IMG/VR virus record: IMGVR_UViG_3300044715_001249
Span: 1 to 52,348 of that record
DNA length: 52,348 nucleotides
Strand: one strand, 5' to 3'
From: a virus
Lineage: Duplodnaviria > Caudoviricetes
Below the pieces are notes generated by a model, which was not told the origin of the DNA, made no database searches, and saw only the letters and a program-made list of their open reading frames with translations. The position numbers were made by a program, and so were the translations under genes. This document shows positions 45,686-52,348 of the stretch, piece by piece. How positions within the stretch are numbered: position 1 is the stretch's first letter; each line of letters opens with the position of its first letter.

Positions 45686-46920
45686 CGGTGATAGGCCCTC
45701 GTCTGGACTTGCGCGTGGGTCATGGCTGCGATCGCGGATGCGAGCTGCGCCGCGGTGAGCTCGGCGGCCGCGCCCGCGCCGGCGGTCGTCTTGCCGGCGA
45801 ATCGAGGCCCGGCCGCGAACTGGAGATCGGTGATCGCCCCGCTCGCCGCCACGCTCGCGAGCGCGACCGAGACCACGCTCGTACCGCTGCGGCGCAAGAA
45901 CTCGCCGTCGGCGATCGCGTCCACGTCAAGCGTGGTCCCGTTCGCGTCGAGTTGCGTCGCGGCCCCGCCCCCGCCACCGGGCGCGACCCATGTCCCATCC
46001 GCGCGCAAGAAGTTCGACGTGCCGCCGCCGCTGAGCGGCACGAGCCCGGACGCGGACGCGGTGAAGTTCGCGATCACGTCGCCGCCGCCCGTGACGTGCG
46101 CCGTCGCGTGACTCGTCGGGGTTCGCGCGTCGCTCAGGCGCGCGTCGTTGCCGACGCAGACCGTCGTGCCCGTCGAGCCCGTGGCGAGGCGCGCGAACGG
46201 CAGGGTCCCGGTCGTGAGATCGGCGGCCGAGCCCGAGCTCGCGACCGCGACAAGGCCGAGCGTCGTGCGGGCCGCGGACGCGTCCGCGTCATCGACGAGC
46301 GTCGCGCCGAAGGCCGAGATCCCGTGCACGGCCGAAGTCACCGCGGCGTGGGTCGCGATCCCGCCCGCGGCCTCGTACGCGCTCGCGGCCGTGGTCGCGG
46401 CCGTGCCAAGGCCGAGCGTTGTGCGCTGCGCCGCGGCGTCGGCATCGTCGAGGATCGCGCGACCGGCCGCCGTGATGTCGGTCACGTCGACCATCACGTG
46501 CGTGTGCGCGGTCGGGGCTCGCGCGTCGCTCAGCCGCGCATCGTTGCCGATGCAGACCGTCGACCCCGTCGAGCCCGTGGCGAGGCGTGCGAACGGAAGC
46601 GTCCCGGTCGTGAGATCGGCCGCGCTAGCGCTCGACGCGACAGTCGCCAGCCCGAGGGCGGCGCGAGCCGCGGCTGCGTCGAGGGCCGCGATGATGGTTG
46701 CACCGAAGGTCGTGATCCCGTGCACGCCCGAGGTCAAGGCCGCGTGCGTGGCCACGTCCCCGCCGCCGGATCCGTCCTCGCCGGGCTCCCCCTGGGGCCC
46801 GGGCGGGCCCTCGATCACGTTCGGGATCGTGATGCGGATCACGTCACCGAAGCGCAGCAGCTGCGAGCCGCGCGTCTCGACGACACCTGAGAGCTGGATC
46901 GGTCGGCGCGTCGAGGCCAC
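45682..46920 (-). CDS. Tail fibre protein with internal duplication
   Basis: Short collagen-like GPPGPQGEPG; repeated DDADA.A.RTTLGL and GNDARLSDAR units; start taken as GTG 46920. Confidence 0.72.
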   Translation of the reverse strand: MASTRRPIQLSGVVETRGSQLLRFGDVIRITIPNVIEGPPGPQGEPGEDGSGGGDVATHAALTSGVHGITTFGATIIAALDAAAARAALGLATVASSASAADLTTGTLPFARLATGSTGSTVCIGNDARLSDARAPTAHTHVMVDVTDITAAGRAILDDADAAAQRTTLGLGTAATTAASAYEAAGGIATHAAVTSAVHGISAFGATLVDDADASAARTTLGLVAVASSGSAADLTTGTLPFARLATGSTGTTVCVGNDARLSDARTPTSHATAHVTGGGDVIANFTASASGLVPLSGGGTSNFLRADGTWVAPGGGGGAATQLDANGTTLDVDAIADGEFLRRSGTSVVSVALASVAASGAITDLQFAAGPRFAGKTTAGAGAAAELTAAQLASAIAAMTHAQVQTRAYHR

Positions 46921-46960
46921 GCCCCAGGGTAGCACAGGCTACCCGGGGCCGGGGATCCCC

Positions 46961-47311
46961 CTAGAACACGAGGTAGACGTCAGGGATGACCGAGACCTCG
47001 CCGCGGCCTCTGGTCTCGCGGGTCCAGCCGAAGCGGGTGAAGGTGGGGTTTGGGAGCTCACACCCGCCATCGATGCGGCGGAGCGTGCGACGCACCGCGA
47101 CCTCGCCGCCGAGCCGGGCGACGAAGATCCGCGCGACCCGCTTCGCGGCCTGCTCGGCCGTCTCGCCCGCGGCATAGTCGAACATGTCCGAGCCACGGAA
47201 GCGGCAAAGCACGCCGTCGATGACGCGCGAGCGCTTTTGCACGGTGATGCACCCGGCGCCGAAGCGGATCTCGGCGATGGGGGTTTCGGTCGCGGTCGAA
47301 GTCGTTGCCAT
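46961..47311 (-). CDS. Hypothetical early protein
   Basis: Directly behind promoter copy B; begins MATTSTATET. Confidence 0.7.
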   Translation of the reverse strand: MATTSTATETPIAEIRFGAGCITVQKRSRVIDGVLCRFRGSDMFDYAAGETAEQAAKRVARIFVARLGGEVAVRRTLRRIDGGCELPNPTFTRFGWTRETRGRGEVSVIPDVYLVF

Positions 47312-47356
47312 GTCCCTAGCCTACTGCACGCCGCGGACATGTGCAAGAACAATCGA
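47312..47356 (-). promoter_or_regulatory. Repeated phage promoter cassette (copy B)
   Basis: TCGATTGTTC-TTGCAC-ATGTCCGCGGCGTGCAG (17 nt)-TAGGCT-AGGGAC-ATG. Confidence 0.75.
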
Positions 47357-47413
47357 CCCGGGGGCCGGCCGAGGCCCTCACAGCACGTCGGCAGACCACG
47401 CCGCCGTCAAGGT

Positions 47414-47638
47414 CTAGCCGCTGACCTCGCGCACGACCAGGGGCGTGTTGCAGTCCTCGGCGAACGCCGCGTCGACCACGCGCTCGGCCGCTGCTCGGCG
47501 CTTGAACACCCGGACGGCGTCTGCCTTGCGATAGACACCGTCGGCGCGCCACACAAAGACCCCGAACACGTTCGGATGCCCGGCGGGGGCCGAGCGCGCT
47601 GCTTCGACCTCCGCCATCCACGGGGCCCGCCGTGCCAC
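47414..47638 (-). CDS. Hypothetical protein
   Basis: Start overlaps the upstream stop. Confidence 0.6.
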   Translation of the reverse strand: MARRAPWMAEVEAARSAPAGHPNVFGVFVWRADGVYRKADAVRVFKRRAAAERVVDAAFAEDCNTPLVVREVSG

Positions 47639-47880
47639 TAGAACGCACCCCAGAGCTTCGAGCCGTACGCCGGGATCGAGGTGTAGAGGCCAGCCCGCGC
47701 GCGGCGGGCGTTCGCCTTGCGCCAGGCCGCTGCAGCTGCCGACGCGCCGATCGTGTCGGCAATGTGCTCAGCGGCCCATTCGATCGCCTCTGCCGGGGCG
47801 GTCAGCACGGTGACGCCGTAGCGGTTTGCGAGCGTGGCGGTCAGGGTGGTGGTCTCGGTCGCGGTCGTCGTCGTTGCCAT
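47638..47880 (-). CDS. Hypothetical early protein
   Basis: Directly behind promoter copy C; begins MATTTTATET. Confidence 0.7.
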   Translation of the reverse strand: MATTTTATETTTLTATLANRYGVTVLTAPAEAIEWAAEHIADTIGASAAAAAWRKANARRARAGLYTSIPAYGSKLWGAF

Positions 47881-47925
47881 GTCCCTAACCTACTGCATGC
47901 CGCGGACATGTGCAAGAACAATCGA
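47881..47925 (-). promoter_or_regulatory. Repeated phage promoter cassette (copy C)
   Basis: TCGATTGTTC-TTGCAC-ATGTCCGCGGCATGCAG (17 nt)-TAGGTT-AGGGAC-ATG. Confidence 0.75.
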
Positions 47926-48035
47926 CCGCTCGATCTCGAGCAAGGCCGCGGCCGCGGCTCGGGCGAGGATGCGGGCGCGGGCGCAGCGGGCCGCGATCAA
48001 GGCGTGCTTCGTCGGGGTCATGCCCGACCCATCGG

Positions 48036-48395
48036 CTACCGGCGCCGGTACTTGAACGCGAGCGACTCCGCGGCCTCGGCGATGTCCTCGGGCGTCGCCG
48101 AGGCCGGGCGCATGCCCGCGAGCTCGCACAGCTCGAACACGGCGCGCACGTGGTGCTCATCCCATCGCTCGGCCTCGACCTGGTAGAGGGCGTCGATCAG
48201 CGACTCGGTCGCGACCTGGGCCGGGCGCCCGCCATAGCGCGGCCGGGGCGGGACCCAGTCAAGGATCTTGCGCGCGTCCGCGGCGAAGACTTCGGCCGCG
48301 TGCTCGGGCGCCTCGGCGCGTTCGCGCCACATCTTGACGTCGGCCTCGAGCAACTCGATCTGGCGCTTGGCCTGGGCTAGTGTGAGCTTACTCAT
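48036..48395 (-). CDS. Hypothetical protein
   Basis: MSKLTLAQAKRQIELLE...; GAGGA RBS; ATGA overlap. Confidence 0.6.
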   Translation of the reverse strand: MSKLTLAQAKRQIELLEADVKMWRERAEAPEHAAEVFAADARKILDWVPPRPRYGGRPAQVATESLIDALYQVEAERWDEHHVRAVFELCELAGMRPASATPEDIAEAAESLAFKYRRR

Positions 48396-48871
48396 AGACA
48401 TCCTCGTGTGAAGCGCGCTGCGCTCTCGTGCACGGCCTCGATCTGGTCGGCGTCGAACGTGGCATTCGGATCGCGCCCGAGCCGGCTCCCGTGCATGATG
48501 TTGGCGGGGTCGTCGTCGTGTTCGAGCAGAAACACGTGCCCGATCTCGTGCGCGATCGTTAGCGGGCGGACCTCGACGCGCGCGGCCTTGCGACACCAGC
48601 CCCGGCCCTCGGTCTTGCCCGAGATCCCCTCGCCCGCGTCGTCGACGAGGCGCAGCCGCACCACGCCCCAGCGCTCGGTGGTCTCGGTGCGGTAGCAGTC
48701 GAGGTCGAGCGCGGCACACGCCTCGAGCACGGCCTCGGGCAACAGCGGGCCCCAGGCATCGTGCTCGACCTCGGCCGGGGTCTCGCGCTCGTCAGCGACG
48801 TGCACCGCGATCGGCCGGGGCGCGCCGCAGCCCCCGAGCAGGGCCGCGGCGAGGGCGATGCGAGCGGTCAC
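48392..48871 (-). CDS. Matrixin/metzincin-like zinc metalloprotease, putative lipoprotein
   Basis: LGG-C lipobox; HEIGHVFLLEH followed by NIM (Met-turn). Confidence 0.75.
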   Translation of the reverse strand: MTARIALAAALLGGCGAPRPIAVHVADERETPAEVEHDAWGPLLPEAVLEACAALDLDCYRTETTERWGVVRLRLVDDAGEGISGKTEGRGWCRKAARVEVRPLTIAHEIGHVFLLEHDDDPANIMHGSRLGRDPNATFDADQIEAVHESAARFTRGCL

Positions 48872-49047
48872 CGCCCACCGTATCGGGCGATGTGCCGCGC
48901 GCGGTCGATGCTCTTGCCGAGGTAGCGATCGGGCTCGCAACCCATGGCGCCCGTCACGACGCCGTCGCGCGTGATGAGAAAGATCTGCCCGCCCGAGAGC
49001 TTGTCGCGAAGGGTCAGGCGCGTCGCGGTCGTCTTGATCGTTTCCAT
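48868..49047 (-). CDS. Hypothetical early protein
   Basis: Behind promoter copy D; begins METIKTTAT. Confidence 0.65.
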   Translation of the reverse strand: METIKTTATRLTLRDKLSGGQIFLITRDGVVTGAMGCEPDRYLGKSIDRARHIARYGGR

Positions 49048-49081
49048 GTCCATATCCTAGCTTATGCCGCGGACATTACAA
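49048..49081 (-). promoter_or_regulatory. Repeated phage promoter cassette (copy D)
   Basis: TTGTAA-TGTCCGCGGCATAAGC (16 nt)-TAGGAT-ATGGAC-ATG. Confidence 0.68.
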
Positions 49082-49444
49082 GGCCCAGATCAAGAACCCG
49101 ATCGCGAGCAAAGTCACGAACGCGGCCTCAGCCACGCGCTCGATCCTGCGGCACACGCGCTCGTGCTCGGCCTCGCGCTCGCGCGCGGTCCGATCGGCCA
49201 GGTCGCGGATCTCGCGCATGGTCCGGTCCGAGAGTGCGGTCATGCGCGCGAACGCGGCGGCGAGCGGCCGCGACGCGCGCACGGGCCGGGCTGTGGCAAC
49301 CGGCGCGCCGGCCTTGAGCCACGCGTCGATCTCGGCCTCGAGCTCGCGCTCGCGCGGGATCGGTGTGACCTCGGTCAACTCGGCGTGGGGGCGGGACCCG
49401 ACCGTGATGGCGCGGCGGGCGGTGACGGTCTCGGTGGCGGGCAT
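49076..49444 (-). CDS. Hypothetical protein with C-terminal transmembrane anchor
   Basis: TAGTAT-AAGGAC-ATG upstream; ends AAFVTLLAIGFLIWAL. Confidence 0.65.
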   Translation of the reverse strand: MPATETVTARRAITVGSRPHAELTEVTPIPRERELEAEIDAWLKAGAPVATARPVRASRPLAAAFARMTALSDRTMREIRDLADRTAREREAEHERVCRRIERVAEAAFVTLLAIGFLIWAL

Positions 49445-49620
49445 GTCCTTATACTACCGATCTCGTGTCCGATCCGGTAGTCGTGTTCGCACCGGAGCGA
49501 GAACGTCATCCGTCCGCGCCGGCCGTCGTCGATGCCGAGCTCGATGGCGCCGGCGACCTCCTCGAGGACGCCGTCGATCGCGTCGGCCAGCTGGGCCGCG
49601 AAAGCGTCGAGGCCGGTCAC
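49375..49620 (-). CDS. Hypothetical protein
   Basis: GTG 49620 with GAGGTG RBS overlaps the previous stop; the 3' end overlaps the next gene by 70 nt. Confidence 0.4.
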   Translation of the reverse strand: MTGLDAFAAQLADAIDGVLEEVAGAIELGIDDGRRGRMTFSLRCEHDYRIGHEIGSIRTCPPPRPSPPAAPSRSGPAPTPS

Positions 49621-49790
49621 GGCTTCACCTCGTTGTGAGTGGGGAGCGTCGCCTCGTCCACACCGGACGGAACGCGGACCTTGAGCACGCGACCGCACCG
49701 CGAGCAGCGGGTGCGGCCCGCAAGGGCTTCGCCAACGGACAGCATCACGCGCGCGCCGCTGTTCCAACACTTGTTCTTGTTCTTGGTCAT
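49617..49790 (-). CDS. 57-aa Cys/His miniprotein
   Basis: MTKNKNKCW...RCSRCGR...PTH; GGAG RBS; below the ORF-track cutoff. Confidence 0.55.
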   Translation of the reverse strand: MTKNKNKCWNSGARVMLSVGEALAGRTRCSRCGRVLKVRVPSGVDEATLPTHNEVKP

Positions 49791-49850
49791 GGTCGTGGCT
49801 CCGGTGGTGGTGGGCTCAGAAGGTGCGCGGGGGCGGGGCCCCGGCCGGGC

Positions 49851-50057
49851 TCAGGCCGCGCAGCTCGGCCAGGGCGAGTGCTCGCACTCGCGGCAGACCG
49901 CGACACCGGCGACGAAGTGCCACGTGCGGGTGCTCGTGTAGTCGCACCGGCCGTGGTAGGCGAAGCCGGTCAGGGAGTAGATCGGGGCGCCATCCCACCG
50001 GGTCTCGGTCTCGTTCGTAGGGCAGGTCGCGGCGGCGGGTGCGGCGGTCGTTTCCAT
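49851..50057 (-). CDS. Cys/His-rich hypothetical early protein
   Basis: Behind promoter copy E; begins METTAAP. Confidence 0.62.
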   Translation of the reverse strand: METTAAPAAATCPTNETETRWDGAPIYSLTGFAYHGRCDYTSTRTWHFVAGVAVCRECEHSPWPSCAA

Positions 50058-50102
50058 GTCCTTATCCTAGCTCAAGCCGCGGACATCGTCAAGAAGAAAT
50101 CG
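50058..50102 (-). promoter_or_regulatory. Repeated phage promoter cassette (copy E)
   Basis: CGATTTCTTC-TTGACG-ATGTCCGCGGCTTGAGC (17 nt)-TAGGAT-AAGGAC-ATG. Confidence 0.75.
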
Positions 50103-50577
50103 GCACGTCCTCAACGTTTTCCGTGGCGAGCTCGATCGCGCGCAGGACCTCGGCCGCGGCCTCGACCGGGTCGGGGGCATCGGCGGCCGGGTCGTGCCTC
50201 GAGCGGCGCTCGCGCGCGAGCTCGACGATCTTGCCCGCGGCCGCGATCCGGTCCGCGCCTCGGCCGACCTGTGACTCCGCCACCCACACGCGCAGGGCAT
50301 AGGCCTCCAGCTCGTCCGGGGTCGCGTCCTCGGCCGGGGGCTCGAGGTGGCTCACGGCCTCGACGACCGCGGCCTTGGCCGCTTGCTTGGCGGTCGGGGC
50401 CGCTGGACAGCTCAAGGGCCATTTGGGCCCGTACACGGCCCGCTCCCGCTGAATCTGCCTTCGGACGGTCCGCCGATCGACCCCGAACTTGGTCGCGATC
50501 ACGTGCTGCGGGGTGTCGTTGAGCAGCAGCAGCCGCAGGGCTTCGGAATCGATGACGGGGGCTGTCGGGTCGGCCAC
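50089..50577 (-). CDS. HTH DNA-binding protein; terminase small subunit candidate
   Basis: IATKFGVDRRTVRR HTH followed by a helical region and an acidic tail; TGC-TACACT upstream. Confidence 0.5.
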   Translation of the reverse strand: MADPTAPVIDSEALRLLLLNDTPQHVIATKFGVDRRTVRRQIQRERAVYGPKWPLSCPAAPTAKQAAKAAVVEAVSHLEPPAEDATPDELEAYALRVWVAESQVGRGADRIAAAGKIVELARERRSRHDPAADAPDPVEAAAEVLRAIELATENVEDVPISS

Positions 50578-50804
50578 GGCTCGTCAAGTGTAGCACGCGA
50601 CGAAGCTTGGCGCGGCTCGCGCTGGACTCGGTCGCGGCGTGCAGCGGGACCCTACTTTTTATGGACAAGATCTGAACTGACGACGACGTCTACGAGAAAA
50701 TCCCCTAGATCCTAGTAGTCTACATTACACGATCTCGCCGCCTTCCGACTACAGCACAGCGAACGATCCAGATCATCGCCAAAAAAAGTGCTACGGTCGA
50801 AATC

Positions 50805-51320
50805 ATGCTGTACCAGTTCCCGATCCTGCAAACCGACTACAAGACCGCTAAAACCGTGGCCAGCGGCAAGTTCTCGCTAACGAGCGTGTATCACGCGGCT
50901 TTCAAGATCGGTCGATCAATCTGGGATATTACTCGCCCCGATTTATGCGGCGAAAAGCCCTCGCCAGCGTCGCCCGGGCAACTCGCGAGCTTGCCGTGGG
51001 ATGCGCGCGAGTGGCCCGAGGATCGCGCGTGGTCAGCGAGCGCGTGTGCGCGATGGTGCGTCCATGTAGGCCTGCCGCTCGTGGCGCGGCACATGCCCCC
51101 GCCCCCGCCGAAGCCGCTGCCCCCGCCCGTGAGCGGCGTCCACCTGCTCCTGGATCGCCCCGACCCGAGGATCACCTACCCGCACGCCTACGTCGACAAG
51201 CCGCGCGGCGAGGCCAAGCTCGTGGCGTATGCCGCGTCTCACGGGTACGGGATCGACTGGGCGGCGGAGTCGCCCCGGATCGTGTCGCTCGTGTCCGCGC
51301 CGGTGTTCCCGCTCGAGTGA
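50805..51320 (+). CDS. Hypothetical protein
   Basis: TGC-TACGGT 7 nt upstream of the ATG; clean ORF. Confidence 0.6.
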   Translation: MLYQFPILQTDYKTAKTVASGKFSLTSVYHAAFKIGRSIWDITRPDLCGEKPSPASPGQLASLPWDAREWPEDRAWSASACARWCVHVGLPLVARHMPPPPPKPLPPPVSGVHLLLDRPDPRITYPHAYVDKPRGEAKLVAYAASHGYGIDWAAESPRIVSLVSAPVFPLE

Positions 51321-51344
51321 CGTCGATTTTTCTTGTCCGAGCCC

Positions 51345-51378
51345 TTGTCATGTCCGCGGACGCTGCTAGGATAGAGAC
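51345..51378 (+). promoter_or_regulatory. Repeated phage promoter cassette (copy F)
   Basis: TTGTCA-TGTCCGCGGACGCTGC (16 nt)-TAGGAT-AGAGAC, followed by a hairpin-containing leader. Confidence 0.68.
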
Positions 51379-51427
51379 GTGGGCGGGAGAGCAGCGCATC
51401 GCTGCACCGCCCCGGAGAAACGACACG

Positions 51428-51709
51428 ATGACCACCGAGACCATTACCGCCACCATCACCGACCGCGACACCGCGACCACCATCGGCCTGGCCGGATCGG
51501 TCGACGCCGACATCGCTCTTGATGGTACGCACATCGGTCGCGTGACGCTCGCACGCGACGACCACGGCACGCTCGGCATCTGGGGTGACACGATCGACAA
51601 CTGGGCGGATACGAACCTCTGTCAGCGGCTGGTCGCGCTCGGAAAGAACGAGCGCCGCGAGATGATCGGCGAGATCGAGGACGCCGTGCGACTCGCCGCG
51701 AGACGCTGA
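51428..51709 (+). CDS. Hypothetical early protein
   Basis: GGAGA RBS; begins MTTETITAT; start trimmed from the 50945 ORF. Confidence 0.68.
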   Translation: MTTETITATITDRDTATTIGLAGSVDADIALDGTHIGRVTLARDDHGTLGIWGDTIDNWADTNLCQRLVALGKNERREMIGEIEDAVRLAARR

Positions 51710-51777
51710 CCACCCCACCGCCCGAGCCTGCCCGTAACGCACCCCTTCGCCGGGGCGAGCGTGCGGGCTCGGGGCGT

Positions 51778-52348
51778 GTGAGCACCCCACCTCTACCCGC
51801 CCCCATCATCCTGACCCGAGGCTCGCACGAGAGCCCCACCGAAGGCCTGTGCGCCATGGAGCTGACCGCGTACCTCGCGGGCGAGCGCCACAGCGATCAC
51901 CCGGCCTGCGCGTGTCCAGTACTCGCCGCGTTCGTTCGGCGCGTCAACGACGCGAGCGCCTGGCCGAGCGACGCGGCACGTACCGCAGCGCTCGAGCCCG
52001 TCTCGCGCGCGCTGATCGGCAGCGCAGACCCCGCAAAGCGACAGAGCCGAGCACTCGCCCTGACTGACTGGGGGCTCCGAGTGTGTCGGCTCGCGCAGGC
52101 TCGCGCGCGCGGCTGGGCCAAGATCGCGGCAGCGATCGACGAGCTCGCCCCGATCGTGGATCGAAAATCGGCCTTGGCTGCGCGTGATGCGCTGCTTGAC
52201 GCTCGCGCCGACGCCGCCTACGCCGCCGACGCCGCCGCCCGCGCCGGCGACGCCGCCGCCTACGCCGCCGCCTACGCCGCTTACGCCGCCGCCGACGCCG
52301 CCCGCGCCGCCGACGCCGCCGACGCCGCCGACGCCGCCGCCCGCGCCG
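51778..52348 (+). CDS. N-terminal part of the Ala-rich phage protein (about 273 aa when joined to 51-301)
   Basis: GSHESPTEGLCAMELTAYLAGERHSDHPACACPV...ND, then AADAAY repeats; open to the window end, so absent from the ORF track. Confidence 0.78.
   Translation, partial: MSTPPLPAPIILTRGSHESPTEGLCAMELTAYLAGERHSDHPACACPVLAAFVRRVNDASAWPSDAARTAALEPVSRALIGSADPAKRQSRALALTDWGLRVCRLAQARARGWAKIAAAIDELAPIVDRKSALAARDALLDARADAAYAADAAARAGDAAAYAAAYAAYAAADAARAADAADAADAAARA
52299..52348. repeat. 50-bp direct terminal repeat (copy 2)
   Basis: Identical to bases 1-50. Confidence 0.85.

Noticed and set aside
1-52348. Abundant GCGATCGC/CGATCG as HIP1-like repeats; alternative genetic code
   Set aside because: Plausibly explained by GCG-ATC-GC codon usage and not counted. 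Core genes are full length under the standard code.

Overview
The window looks like an essentially complete, circularly assembled genome (52,298 bp unique plus a 50-bp terminal overlap) of a very GC-rich, contractile-tailed dsDNA phage. No integrase, CRISPR array, reverse transcriptase or PurZ was recognised. Modules: (i) 1.2-10 kb, replication and recombination: prim-pol/helicase, Cas4-like exonuclease, SF2 helicase, SSB-like protein, family A DNA polymerase. (ii) 10-18 kb, nucleotide metabolism and DNA modification: metallophosphoesterase, HD hydrolase, MazG-like protein, DUF5664-like dATP/dGTP diphosphohydrolase, three methyltransferases, VRR-NUC. (iii) 18-47 kb, minus-strand morphogenesis genes (DUF1073-type portal, DUF2213, DUF2184-type capsid, DUF3383-type sheath), with terL, portal and the MuF-like gene placed after the tail genes. 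(iv) 47-52 kb plus 0-1.2 kb, small presumably early genes. The most unusual observations are: a repeated promoter cassette (TTGnnn...TGTCCGCGG...TAGGAT-AGGGAC-ATG) driving apparently leaderless mini-genes; about 14 genes with a -10-like hexamer 5-7 nt before the start codon; a 119-nt tRNA-like RNA with canonical ends and an oversized interior; and a portal ending in a Nu1/excisionase-like winged HTH. Cys-rich lipoproteins hint at a myxobacterial host (inference only). All family assignments are from motif recognition by eye; no database searches were run.
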